From contig CADACQ010000009.1 of NCBI GenBank assembly GCA_902786465.1, forward strand, positions 3,339-67,338: a stretch of DNA of 64,000 nucleotides, given 5' to 3'. The notes under the pieces were generated by a model. The model did not search any database. It was not told the origin of the DNA and was given only the letters and a program-made list of their open reading frames with translations. This DNA comes from an uncultured Eubacteriales bacterium. GTDB taxonomy: Bacteria > Bacillota > Clostridia > Christensenellales > CAG-138. Both the position numbers and the translations under genes were made by a program. Of this stretch, positions 29,808-39,276 are shown piece by piece. How positions within the stretch are numbered: position 1 is the first letter of the stretch; each line of letters opens with the position of its first letter.

Positions 29808-31481
29808 TCAGCTTTCCCTGGCGCTGCGCAGCAGGTTCCGGGCGTGCTGGATGGCCAGGGGGTCGTTGACGCTGCCCATGATGCGCGCCAGCTCCGCCGG
29901 GCGCTCCTCCTCCGAGAGGGGCTTCACCGCGGACCGGGTGCCCTCCCCCAGGGTCTCCTTGTAGATGTAATACTGCTTGTCCGCCCGGGCCGCAATCTGA
30001 GCGAGGTGGGTCACGCACAGCAGCTGATGGGTCCGGGACAGCTCCTGCATCTTTTTGGCCACGGCGTTGGCGATGAGGCCGGAGATGCCGGTGTCGATCT
30101 CGTCGAAGATCAGGGTGTCGATGGCGTCCGCGTGGGACAGGGCCGCCTTGAAGGACAGCATGACCCGGGAGATCTCGCCGCCGGAGGCCACCCGGACCAG
30201 GGGCTTCTCCGGCTCGCCCTTGTTGGCGGAGAAGCGGAAGGCCACCTCGTCCACGCCGTTTTCGGACAGGGTTTCAGGATCGACCGGTGTAAACCCGGCG
30301 GAGAAGGAGGCGAAGGGCATGCCCATGTCCTTCAGGTTCGCCTCGATGGCGACTTTCAGCCGCCGGGCGGCCTCCTTACGGCGCTGGGACAAAGCTTGTG
30401 CGTCGGCGGTGAAGGCGGCGACAGCGGCCCGCTCCGCCTGCTCCAGCTCCACCATGCGGTCCTCGCCGCCCAAAAGCTCGGTCTGTTCCGCTCGGAGGGC
30501 GTCGGCGTAGGCCAATATCTCCTGGATATCCGCCCCGTATTTGCGCTTCAATTGCTCGATCTGGAAGAGCCGGCTCTCGATCTCGTCCAGGGCGTTGGGA
30601 TCGAAGGACAGGCTGTTTAGTGCGTCCCGTAGGGTGTAGGACACGTCCTCCAGGGTGTAGTAGGCTTCCTCGGTCTGCTGGGCCGCCGCCTGGTACTCCT
30701 CCCCGTACTCGCCGAGCGCGGCCAGGCAGCGCTTCGCCTCCGCGATCTGGCCCAGGGCCCCCTGCTCCTCGTAGAGGGCGTCGTAGGCGGCCTGCAGGTT
30801 CTCCTCAATGGCAGCGAAGTTTTGCAGCTGCTTCTTCTTCAGCTCCAGCTGCTCCTCCTCGCCAGGCTCCAGGGAGGCGCCGTCGATCTCCTTGAGCTCA
30901 TAGGCGATCACGTCCAGGCGCCGTGCTCGTTCCTTCAGGCTGTTTTGAAGCTTCTCCCGGGCGCTGCGGGCCTCCAGGGCTGCCTTCCTTTCCTCCAGCA
31001 TCCGTGTGAGCAAGCCGTCCCCGTCGCTGCTAGCGAAAGCGTCCAGCAGGCCAAGGTGGGTCTTCTCGTTCAGCAGGGACTGGTGGGCGTGCTGGCCGTG
31101 CATATCCACCAGCATGTCCCCCACGGTTTTCAGCTCCGCCGCGCTGACCAGGGTTCCGTTGATCCGGCAGACGCTCTTGCCGCTAGAGTAGAGCTCCCGG
31201 TAGAGGACCACTTCCTCCCCGTCGTACAGCTCCTGATCCAGCAGATATTCCGCGGCAGGCGTGCCCTCCTTCACGGTGAACAGGGCTTCCACCGCCCCCT
31301 TCTGGGCGCCGGTGCGGATGCTCTCCCGATAGGCTCGCTCGCCGAGAGCCAGCCCCACCGCCTCGATGAGGATGGATTTGCCGGCGCCGGTCTCGCCCGT
31401 CAGTGCAGAAAAGCCCTCCTCGAAGTCCAGGGAGAGCTTATCGATCAATGCGATATTGGATATGGTCAAGTGCCTGAGCAC
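29808..31481 (-). CDS. recN: DNA repair protein RecN
   Basis: 557 aa with Walker A GETGAGKSIL, a coiled-coil middle and a C-terminal SGGE signature. Confidence 0.95.
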   Translation of the reverse strand: MLRHLTISNIALIDKLSLDFEEGFSALTGETGAGKSILIEAVGLALGERAYRESIRTGAQKGAVEALFTVKEGTPAAEYLLDQELYDGEEVVLYRELYSSGKSVCRINGTLVSAAELKTVGDMLVDMHGQHAHQSLLNEKTHLGLLDAFASSDGDGLLTRMLEERKAALEARSAREKLQNSLKERARRLDVIAYELKEIDGASLEPGEEEQLELKKKQLQNFAAIEENLQAAYDALYEEQGALGQIAEAKRCLAALGEYGEEYQAAAQQTEEAYYTLEDVSYTLRDALNSLSFDPNALDEIESRLFQIEQLKRKYGADIQEILAYADALRAEQTELLGGEDRMVELEQAERAAVAAFTADAQALSQRRKEAARRLKVAIEANLKDMGMPFASFSAGFTPVDPETLSENGVDEVAFRFSANKGEPEKPLVRVASGGEISRVMLSFKAALSHADAIDTLIFDEIDTGISGLIANAVAKKMQELSRTHQLLCVTHLAQIAARADKQYYIYKETLGEGTRSAVKPLSEEERPAELARIMGSVNDPLAIQHARNLLRSARES

Positions 31482-31494
31482 GGTCTATGCTCCT

Positions 31495-31944
31495 TTACTT
31501 CATCATCTTCTGGAACCGCTTAATGATCTCAGCGGTGTTCTTGCCTTCCCGCACCGCCACGAAGATGGTGTTGTCCCCGGCGATGGACCCGGCGATCTCC
31601 GGCCACTTCAGGGAGTCGATGGCTTCGCCGGCCACGGAGGCGCTGCCCGAGATGGTCTTGATGACGATCAGGTTCCCCGCGTTGGTGATGGACACCACGC
31701 AGTTGGAGAACAGGCGGATGAACCGCTCCTGCAGATCGGACTCGGCCTTCTCCACGGTGGCGTACTTATAGTGGCCCTCGCTGGTCAAGACCTTGATGAG
31801 CCTCAATTCCTTTATGTCCCGGGAAACGGTGGCCTGGGTGACCTGGAATCCCTGTTCGCCCAGGAGCCGAGCCAGCTCCTCCTGGGTCTCCACATCCCGT
31901 GAAGCGATGATCTTGATGATCATGGCATGTCGTTTCGTCTTCAT
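31495..31944 (-). CDS. argR: Arginine repressor
   Basis: 149 aa with a winged-helix N-terminus (QEELARLLGEQGFQVTQATVSRDIKEL) and a C-terminal GTIAGDNT-type motif. Confidence 0.93.
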   Translation of the reverse strand: MKTKRHAMIIKIIASRDVETQEELARLLGEQGFQVTQATVSRDIKELRLIKVLTSEGHYKYATVEKAESDLQERFIRLFSNCVVSITNAGNLIVIKTISGSASVAGEAIDSLKWPEIAGSIAGDNTIFVAVREGKNTAEIIKRFQKMMK

Positions 31945-31969
31945 AGTTTCCGCCTCGTTCGTTAGAAAA

Positions 31970-32752
31970 TTACGTCAGTCGATCCTGGATGCGACTGTAA
32001 AGATCCATCTGTTCAAATCGGATAAAGGATACCTGCTCTTTGGACCCGGTGATCTTCAGGGACTCGCCCTTGGACACTCGGCAGACCCGCTGACCATCTA
32101 TGGCCGCCATGCCCTCGTCGTGCTCCACCAGCTCCACCTGGCTGTCGCTGCGGACCACGATGGGCCGCACGTGCAGCTTATGGGGACAGATGGGCGTGAT
32201 GACCATGGCGTCCAGCCCCTCCGGCACGATGGGTCCCCCGGCCGAAAGGTTGTAGCCCGTGGAACCGGTGGGCGTCGATACCATGACGCCGTCCGCCGAT
32301 ACCGTCCAGGCGCTCCTGCCGTCGATCCTGACGTCGATGTCCGTGACACCGGAGAAGGAGAGCTTGTAGAGCACCGCGTCGTTCAAACACCGGTAGACCC
32401 GCCCCGTGCTGACCTGGCAGTCCAGCATGTTGCGCTGCTCCAACCCATAGTCCCCGGCTTTGAGCCGCGGCAGGGCGACAATGAACCCTTCCTCCGTCAA
32501 CTCCGTCAGAAATCCCACGCGACCGAAGTGGACGCCCAGGATCGGCATATGGGCGCTCAGGGCCACCGGCACCTGGCGGATGATGGACCCGTCTCCACCG
32601 ATGGCGATGATGACGCCGTCCTCTCCCGGTCCAGGAGCACGTTCTTCCAGCTCAACGCATAAAAAACCGTACCCTGCCGCTGCATCCATCAGGCGCTTTC
32701 GGGCGTCGAATGTGGCCGGTTTTTTAGGATTCGCCGCAAAGAATAGGTACAA
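31970..32752 (-). CDS. nadK: NAD kinase
   Basis: GGDGS motif (IAIGGDGSIIR). A TTG at 32752 follows GAGGA. The ORF-track start at 32812 lies inside the promoter -35. Confidence 0.88.
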   Translation of the reverse strand: MYLFFAANPKKPATFDARKRLMDAAAGYGFLCVELEERAPGPGEDGVIIAIGGDGSIIRQVPVALSAHMPILGVHFGRVGFLTELTEEGFIVALPRLKAGDYGLEQRNMLDCQVSTGRVYRCLNDAVLYKLSFSGVTDIDVRIDGRSAWTVSADGVMVSTPTGSTGYNLSAGGPIVPEGLDAMVITPICPHKLHVRPIVVRSDSQVELVEHDEGMAAIDGQRVCRVSKGESLKITGSKEQVSFIRFEQMDLYSRIQDRLT

Positions 32753-32783
32753 AGCTTTATCCTCGGATGAATACTGCAGATGT

Positions 32784-32812
32784 ATTATACAGTATAGTTT
32801 CCGAAATTTCAA
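32784..32812 (-). promoter_or_regulatory. Promoter of nadK-argR-recN
   Basis: Minus strand TTGAAA (32812..32807), 17 nt, TATAAT (32789..32784), in an AT-rich intergenic island. Confidence 0.7.
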
Positions 32813-32831
32813 TACAAATATGAATAATTTT

Positions 32832-33662
32832 TTAACAATTTATGTGAAATTTATGACCGTCTGAGACGATTTGAGCCACTTTTTCCTCGAAATCCATCGG
32901 TTCGGCAGGATCGGCCTCGACTCCGTTCCGCAAAAACAGCAGAAACTCTATATTTCCTTTGGGACCGGTTATGGGGGAGAAGGAAAGGTCCTCCACCCGG
33001 TATCCGGCCTCCTGGGCATACCGGATTATGTTTATACATACATCCCGATGAATAGACTCCTCCCGGACCACGCCGTTCTTGCCCACCTGGCCCCGGCCCG
33101 CCTCGAACTGGGGTTTGATGAGGGCCACCACCTGCCCCGACCGCTTCAGGCACGCCTTTAGGGGCGGCAGGATCAGCTTCAGGGAGATGAAGGATACGTC
33201 GATGGACGCGAAGTCGAAAAGGCCGTCGAACCAGCCGGGCTCCATGAAGCGGGCGTTGCGCCGCTCCATGACCGTGACCCGCGGATCGTTGCGAAGCTGC
33301 CAGGCCAGCTGGCCGTAGCCCACGTCCAGGGCGCAGACGTGGCTGGCCCCGTTCTGGAGCATGCAGTCCGTGAACCCGCCGGTGGATGCGCCCACGTCCA
33401 AACACACCTTGTCCTTCAACGACAGGGGGAACACCTTCAGGGCCTTGTCCAGCTTCAGGCCGCCCCGGCTCACGAAGGGGACGGGGTCCTCGTGGAGGGT
33501 GACGGCGTCCTCGGGGCGCACCTCCTCCCCCGCCTTCTCCGCCTTTCGGCCGTTGACGAAGACCTCCCCGGCCATGATCATGGCCCGGGCTCTCTCCCGG
33601 GAGGGGCTGAGGCCCGCCTCCACCATATGCACGTCCAACCGTTTCTTATTCATTCGATCCAC
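32832..33662 (-). CDS. tlyA: TlyA-family rRNA 2'-O-methyltransferase (S4 domain plus FtsJ-like)
   Basis: 276 aa with KRLDVHMVEAGL, VSRGGLKL and DVGASTGGFTD motifs. Confidence 0.92.
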   Translation of the reverse strand: MDRMNKKRLDVHMVEAGLSPSRERARAMIMAGEVFVNGRKAEKAGEEVRPEDAVTLHEDPVPFVSRGGLKLDKALKVFPLSLKDKVCLDVGASTGGFTDCMLQNGASHVCALDVGYGQLAWQLRNDPRVTVMERRNARFMEPGWFDGLFDFASIDVSFISLKLILPPLKACLKRSGQVVALIKPQFEAGRGQVGKNGVVREESIHRDVCINIIRYAQEAGYRVEDLSFSPITGPKGNIEFLLFLRNGVEADPAEPMDFEEKVAQIVSDGHKFHINC

Positions 33663-35481
33663 TCAGCTCCTGAACGGCCTGTATCATAGCCGCTTCGTCG
33701 ATGCCGCCCAACGTCCGCTGCCGAGCCACGGTGGCCTGGGCCATGGGCCTGTCGGGCAGGCACAGGGGCCGCACTTTTAGCTCCGGACAGTAAGCCGCCA
33801 CATACAGGCACAACGCCGCCACGTTCTCCTCGGCAACGATGAGCTTGCAGCCCTTTTGCCGCAGCTCGTCCAGCAGTTCAAAGTCCAAAGGCTTATAGAA
33901 GCGAGCCTCCACCAAACCGCAGTCCAGCTTCTCCGCCACCTGACGGGCGATCTGGACCAGAGGGCCGGCGGCCAGGATGACCACGTCCGCAGCAGGCCGC
34001 AGGGTAGCCCATTTGCCGTAGACCACGGGGGCCTCTCCCTCGCCCTCGGGCAGGGTGCCCCGGCAGTAGCGGATGGCCGCGGGCTCGCCCCGGGAGATCG
34101 CCAGGGGGATCATGGCCCTGAGCTCGCTCAATGTGGCGGGTTCATAGACGGACAGATTGGGAATGGCGCAGAGCATGGCCGGATCGTAGATGCCCTGATG
34201 GGTCTCTCCGTCCTGGCCCACCAGGCCCGCCCGGTCCACGCCGATGACCACCGGGAGCTTCTGCAGGCAGATATCGTGATAGAGCTGATCCACGGCCCGC
34301 TGCAGGAAGGAGGAATAGATGGCCGCCACAGGTTTCAGGCCCTCCGCCGCCATGCCGGCGGCCATGGTGAGGGCGTGTTCCTCCGCGATGCCCACGTCGA
34401 AAGCCCGATCGGGGAAGGTCTCGAAGAAGGGGCGCAGGCCCGTGCCGTCCCGCATGGCCGCGGTGATGGCCACGATACGCTGATCCTCTCGCGCCATTTC
34501 CAGCAAAGTCCTGCCGAAGGTCTCGGAACAGGAAACGGTCCCGGAGGAAGCCACGGTCCCCGTCTCCCGGGAAAAGGGCGCCACGCCGTGGAATTTCTCG
34601 GGGTTCTGCTCCGAAGGGCTATAGCCCTTGCCCTTTTGGGTGATCACGTGGACCACCACCGGCCGCTCCAGGGCCCGAGCCTCCCCCAAGAGGTCGATCA
34701 TCTGGGGGATGTCGTGGCCGCTGATGGGCCCAAGATAGGTGAACCCCATCTCCTCGAAGAAGGTATTTTGAAGCACGAACCGCTTGATCCGGTTCTTGAA
34801 GCCCTCGATGTTTTTGGACATGCGGCGGCCCACCATACCCCGTTCCAGCACCCGGACCACGAACCGCTTCAAACGGTTGTATCCGCTGCTGGCCCTTAGG
34901 CGGGACAGGCTCCGGCTCATGGCGCCCACGTTCCGGGAGATGGACATCTCGTTGTCGTTGAGCACCACCACCAGGGGCAGCTTGCTGTCGCCCCCGTCGT
35001 CCAGCGCTTCATAGGCGAGGCCGCCGGTCAGGGCGCCGTCGCCGATGACGGCCGCCACGTGGCCGGGTTGATGCAGCAGGTGCTTGGCCCGCGCCATGCC
35101 CAGGGCCGCCGAGATGGAGGTGCTGGCATGGCCGGTGTTGAAGGCGTCGTAGGGGCTCTCCTCCCGCTTGGGGAAGCCGGAAAGGCCCCCTTCCTGGCGC
35201 AGGGTCGTAAAGGCGTCCCGCCGCCCGGTCAAGATCTTATGGGCGTAGGATTGATGGCCCACGTCGAACAGGATCCGGTCGCCCTCGTCGGCGTACACCC
35301 GGTGCAGGGCGATGATCAGATCCACCGCCCCCAGGCTGGCGGCCAGGTGACCGCCGTTTTGGGAGACGCAATCCACCATGTAGCCCCGTATCTCCTCCGC
35401 CAAGGCAGGGAGCTTGTCCTCGGGCAGGGCCTGCAGGTCCTTGGGTCCGTTCAGTTGTCGTAAGATCGGATATTCCTTCAT
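33646..35481 (-). CDS. dxs: 1-deoxy-D-xylulose-5-phosphate synthase
   Basis: The ATG at 35481 (MKEYPILRQLNGPKDL) overlaps the ispA stop. The N-terminal 152 codons of ORF 33646..35937 are out-of-frame overlap with ispA. Confidence 0.96.
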   Translation of the reverse strand: MKEYPILRQLNGPKDLQALPEDKLPALAEEIRGYMVDCVSQNGGHLAASLGAVDLIIALHRVYADEGDRILFDVGHQSYAHKILTGRRDAFTTLRQEGGLSGFPKREESPYDAFNTGHASTSISAALGMARAKHLLHQPGHVAAVIGDGALTGGLAYEALDDGGDSKLPLVVVLNDNEMSISRNVGAMSRSLSRLRASSGYNRLKRFVVRVLERGMVGRRMSKNIEGFKNRIKRFVLQNTFFEEMGFTYLGPISGHDIPQMIDLLGEARALERPVVVHVITQKGKGYSPSEQNPEKFHGVAPFSRETGTVASSGTVSCSETFGRTLLEMAREDQRIVAITAAMRDGTGLRPFFETFPDRAFDVGIAEEHALTMAAGMAAEGLKPVAAIYSSFLQRAVDQLYHDICLQKLPVVIGVDRAGLVGQDGETHQGIYDPAMLCAIPNLSVYEPATLSELRAMIPLAISRGEPAAIRYCRGTLPEGEGEAPVVYGKWATLRPAADVVILAAGPLVQIARQVAEKLDCGLVEARFYKPLDFELLDELRQKGCKLIVAEENVAALCLYVAAYCPELKVRPLCLPDRPMAQATVARQRTLGGIDEAAMIQAVQELSGSNE

Positions 35482-36281
35482 ACTGTCCTGACGGCGATCC
35501 GGTTGGCTAAATCGCAGAGATACGCCGCCGCTTCTCCGCTGTACCCGCTCAACAGTTTGCGGATGTCCGACGCCAAAGCGTCGATCTCCCGCTTCGTCTC
35601 GTCCAACCCGAGGAGTGTCACGTAGGTGAGCTTCCCCTCCGCCCGGTCCTTCTCGATATCCAAAAGATCGTCGGTCATCTGAAACAGGAGCCCCAGCTTG
35701 TCCGCAAAGGCGCGGATATCCTCCGCTTTCGCCCCATCGCAGCCGCCCCGATAGGCCCCGGACAGGCAGGCCGCCCGGAAGAGGGCCCCGGTCTTGAGAT
35801 CGTGGATGCGCTGCAGGGAGGCAAGGTCCCGGGCGCTGACGTTCAGATCCAGACTCTGGCCCGCCGCCATGTCCAACGCCCCCTGGAAGACGGCTTTTTT
35901 GGCCGCCTCCTGACCTGGCACGTCCGATAGGAGGCACATGGCCATGGTGAGGAGCCCGTCCCCGGCCAGGATGGCGTTCCCCTCGCCAAAGGCCTTGTGG
36001 CAGCTGGGCTTGCCCCGACGCATGTCGTCGTCGTCCATGGCGGGCAGATCGTCATGGATCAGGGAATAGGCGTGGATCATTTCGAGGGCCGCCGCGAAGG
36101 GCAGGGCGTCCTCCACGGTGCCGCCCACCAGCTCGCAGCAGGCCAAACACAGGCAGGCCCGGATGCGCTTGCCCCCGGACAGGAGGCTGTAGCGCATGGA
36201 GCGAAGGAACAGGGGCGGCAGATCGAAGGCGGCGCTGTACCGGTCCATGGCTGCCTCGATGATGGGCAGATAGTCCTTCAT
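35478..36281 (-). CDS. ispA: Polyprenyl (farnesyl/geranylgeranyl) diphosphate synthase
   Basis: Two aspartate-rich motifs: LIHDDLPAMDDDDMRRG and FQMTDDLLD. Confidence 0.93.
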   Translation of the reverse strand: MKDYLPIIEAAMDRYSAAFDLPPLFLRSMRYSLLSGGKRIRACLCLACCELVGGTVEDALPFAAALEMIHAYSLIHDDLPAMDDDDMRRGKPSCHKAFGEGNAILAGDGLLTMAMCLLSDVPGQEAAKKAVFQGALDMAAGQSLDLNVSARDLASLQRIHDLKTGALFRAACLSGAYRGGCDGAKAEDIRAFADKLGLLFQMTDDLLDIEKDRAEGKLTYVTLLGLDETKREIDALASDIRKLLSGYSGEAAAYLCDLANRIAVRTV

Positions 36282-36472
36282 GACCCCATCTCCGTGCCCT
36301 TGAGCCGCTTTTCGAAGGCGGCCAGCTCCTGAGCGCAGCTCTCGTAGAGGGCCATGCCCCGCTCGTGCAGGGCGACCATCTCCTCCAGGGGCACGGTGCC
36401 GCTTTCGAGCTTTCCGATCAGCTCCTCCAATTCGGCCATCTTTTCCTCAAAGGTCTTCTCGTTCTTCTTCAT
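36278..36472 (-). CDS. xseB: Exodeoxyribonuclease VII small subunit
   Basis: 64 aa with FEEKMAELEELIGKLESG. Overlaps both xseA and ispA. Confidence 0.92.
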   Translation of the reverse strand: MKKNEKTFEEKMAELEELIGKLESGTVPLEEMVALHERGMALYESCAQELAAFEKRLKGTEMGS

Positions 36473-37680
36473 GTCATATCCTTTCCCGTCACGTGGGCCT
36501 GGACGCGGCCGTCCCGGAACCGAAGGGTGAGCCCCTCGCCCACGGCCGTTTCCTCCGCCCTATGCACGAGGTCGTTCTTGTTATCGTATACCAGGGCGAA
36601 GCCCCGATCCAGAGCCCCCAGGGGGTCCGCCGCCTTGAGCCGGGCCCCGACGGTGGCGAGGACATCCCGCTGCCTCTGCAGCCGGCTCTCGATCCCCTCC
36701 TCCAGGGCGTCCCGGCAATTATCCAGCCGCTGCTGCTCCTGCATCAGGCGCTGTTCCGTCAGCAGGGCGCCCCGTCGCCGGATGAGCAGCTCCAGCCGAT
36801 CCCGCTTGCGCTCCACGCCGTGACGGAGGGCCGAGCAAAGCCTGTCCCGGCTTTGGGCCAGGCCGTCCTTCAGCTTGCCCAGCTCTGGCACCGCCAGCTC
36901 CGCCGCCGCAGAGGGCGTGGGAGCCCGCAGGTCCGCCGCAAAATCCGTCAAGGAAAAATCTATCTCGTGGCCCACGGCGGAGATCACCGGCAGGGTACAG
37001 TCGTGGACCGCCGCCACCACGATCTCCTCGTTGAAGGCCCATAAATCCTCCAAAGAGCCGCCGCCCCGGCCCACGATCAGCACGTCGCAGCGCTGCTCCT
37101 GGTCCGCCTGGCGGATGGCCGCGGCGATCTCCCCCGCCGCCTTCTCCCCCTGGACCGCCACCGGGTACAACCGAATGGGCATGTTGGGGAACCGGCGGGC
37201 GATCACGTTGCGGATGTCCTCGATGGCCGCGCCGGTGCCGGAGGTCACCACCCCCACCGCCCGGGGCAGGAAGGGGATGGACTTTTTCAAACTGTCGTCG
37301 AACCAGCCCCGCCCCTTGAGCTCCTCCCGCAGGGCTAAAAACTTCTGATATAATGCTCCGTCCCCGGTCTTCTCCATGCGCTCGGCATAGACCTGGAAGG
37401 AGCCGTCCCGCCCGAACAGGCCCGCCCGTCCCTCGATGCGGACAGACATGCCGTCCTTGGGGAAGAAGCTGAGCCGCAGGGCGTTGGGCCGGAACATAAC
37501 GCACCGCACGGAGGCCGCGTCGTCCTTCAGGGTGAAATACAGGTGGCCGGAGGTGTGGCGCTTGAAAGCGCTGATCTCCCCCGTCACCGTCAGCTCGCCC
37601 ATGAAGGGGTCCCGGGAAAGCATCAGATCCACGTATTCGTTCAGTTCGGACACGGTAAAGACCGGCTTCAGCTCCGTCAT
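36469..37680 (-). CDS. xseA: Exodeoxyribonuclease VII large subunit
   Basis: 403 aa with an OB-fold N-terminus and an IVGRGGGSLEDLWAFN motif. Confidence 0.95.
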   Translation of the reverse strand: MTELKPVFTVSELNEYVDLMLSRDPFMGELTVTGEISAFKRHTSGHLYFTLKDDAASVRCVMFRPNALRLSFFPKDGMSVRIEGRAGLFGRDGSFQVYAERMEKTGDGALYQKFLALREELKGRGWFDDSLKKSIPFLPRAVGVVTSGTGAAIEDIRNVIARRFPNMPIRLYPVAVQGEKAAGEIAAAIRQADQEQRCDVLIVGRGGGSLEDLWAFNEEIVVAAVHDCTLPVISAVGHEIDFSLTDFAADLRAPTPSAAAELAVPELGKLKDGLAQSRDRLCSALRHGVERKRDRLELLIRRRGALLTEQRLMQEQQRLDNCRDALEEGIESRLQRQRDVLATVGARLKAADPLGALDRGFALVYDNKNDLVHRAEETAVGEGLTLRFRDGRVQAHVTGKDMT

Positions 37681-38621
37681 AGGGCCACCTCCCGATCGTA
37701 CCCCAGGGCTGCCACGCCCACAGCGTTGTCGCTGCTATAGCGGCTCTCGCCGAAGAACAGGGGCAGCTCGCACCGCTGGTGCAGCAGCTCCCTGAGGAGC
37801 TGGCTGGAGGCCACCCCGCCGCACAGGAGCACGGGGCGCTCCCCCCGCTGCCGCGCCGCGTTGGTCAAGAGCTTGGTGAGGGTCCTGGCCAGTAAATCGT
37901 AGATGCCAAAGGCTACCTCTTGTGGCTCTGCGCCTTGACGCAGCGCCCGCTGGGCCGCCGTCTCCGCCCCGGACAGGGAGCAGGTCAACTCTCGCACGGA
38001 GGCGGGGATGCGCAAGTCCCGGTTTGCCGCCTGACGGGCCATGGCTTCCATCTCCTTCCCCGCGGGAAAGCTGCAGCCAAGCAACACGCCCACCCGGTCC
38101 ACCAGCTGGCCCGCGTGCAGATCCTCGGAGCGGCCCATGGGCTCAATGGAGAAGGCGCCGGGCTCCCTGGCCTCCACGGCCAGCAGGTCCGTGGTGCCGC
38201 CGGAAAGATGGACGGCGTAGAAGGGCTTGGCCATCAATGCCTCGTTCTCGATCAGGGCGGCCCGGATATGGCCGCTCTGATGGTCCAGGGGAAGCAGCGG
38301 CACCTGCAGGGACGCCGCCAGGGCCCGGGCCACGCCCATGCCGGTCATAAACACGGGCATGTAGGAATCTTCCCGCGCCACGGGGGACCGGCTGCAGGCC
38401 ACGGCCGCGATATCCTCCGGCGACACGGCGGAAAAAGCTGCCTCCACCAGGGGCGGCAGCTGCCGGGTATGCAAAAAAACGCCCTCGGACTGCCTCAACC
38501 CCCTGTCGCCCTTCTGGACCGGGAGGAGGGTCCTCCCGTCGTACAGGACGCCGGATCGGCCGAAGCAGGCGACCGAGGTCGTGTAGCAGCTGGTATCTAT
38601 GCCCAGCACTGCCCCCTTCAT
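37677..38621 (-). CDS. Divergent Kae1/TsaD (glycoprotease M22, ASKHA) family protein
   Basis: GIDTSCYTTSVA N-terminus, H-x2-GH (DHQSGH), CGGVASS and SSDNAVGVA motifs. 314 aa. Confidence 0.75.
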   Translation of the reverse strand: MKGAVLGIDTSCYTTSVACFGRSGVLYDGRTLLPVQKGDRGLRQSEGVFLHTRQLPPLVEAAFSAVSPEDIAAVACSRSPVAREDSYMPVFMTGMGVARALAASLQVPLLPLDHQSGHIRAALIENEALMAKPFYAVHLSGGTTDLLAVEAREPGAFSIEPMGRSEDLHAGQLVDRVGVLLGCSFPAGKEMEAMARQAANRDLRIPASVRELTCSLSGAETAAQRALRQGAEPQEVAFGIYDLLARTLTKLLTNAARQRGERPVLLCGGVASSQLLRELLHQRCELPLFFGESRYSSDNAVGVAALGYDREVAL

Positions 38622-39031
38622 TCGCTGCGAAGCTCCCGGGCAGCGCTGCCCAAGATGCCGTTGATGAAGCCGGAGGACTTGTCCTCAGCGTACCTCTTGG
38701 CCAGCTCCACCGCCTCGTTGATGGTGGCGCCCACGGGGATCTCGGGCATGCACATGAGCTCGTAGACGGCCATGCGCAGGATGGTCAAATCCACCTTCCC
38801 CAGCCGGTTCAGGGCCCAACCCTGGGCATACTTGCCGATGACGGCGTCCAGCTCCTCCTGACGGTCTGTGACGCCGGCCACCAGGTTCTCCAAAAAGGTC
38901 TTGTCGCTGCCGGAGAGGGTGTCCGCCTGTTCCGACTGCTCCAAAACTTCATCCATGGTCTCGCCGCCGCCCAAAGAGGCAGCGTAGAGCATCTTCATCG
39001 CGATCTCGCGGGCCAAAGAACGAGGATCCAT
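38618..39031 (-). CDS. nusB: Transcription antitermination factor NusB
   Basis: The ATG at 39031 gives MDPRSLAREIAMKMLY. The upstream part of the ORF overlaps the DUF2273 gene in another frame. Confidence 0.92.
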   Translation of the reverse strand: MDPRSLAREIAMKMLYAASLGGGETMDEVLEQSEQADTLSGSDKTFLENLVAGVTDRQEELDAVIGKYAQGWALNRLGKVDLTILRMAVYELMCMPEIPVGATINEAVELAKRYAEDKSSGFINGILGSAARELRSE

Positions 39032-39039
39032 ATCCGCCC

Positions 39040-39261
39040 TCACTTCTTTTGAAAAATGCTGGTGAAGAAGTCCTTCACCGCCGCCCAGCCACCTTTGTCC
39101 AGCAGGGTGCCCACCAGCACGCCCAGGGCGACCAGGGCTGCCAAGAGAAGCGTGCGCCAGAAGCCGATGCAGAGGAAAAGGATCCCCAGCACCAGGGCGG
39201 AGGCCACCATGATGGAGAGCCACTTGTGCTCACTGTAAAACGTTTTGATCCACTCTTTCAT
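39040..39261 (-). CDS. Small integral membrane protein (DUF2273-like)
   Basis: 73 aa with two TM helices, in the conserved Asp23-AmaP-DUF2273 context. Confidence 0.75.
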   Translation of the reverse strand: MKEWIKTFYSEHKWLSIMVASALVLGILFLCIGFWRTLLLAALVALGVLVGTLLDKGGWAAVKDFFTSIFQKK

Positions 39262-39276
39262 AGCCTGTCCTTTACT

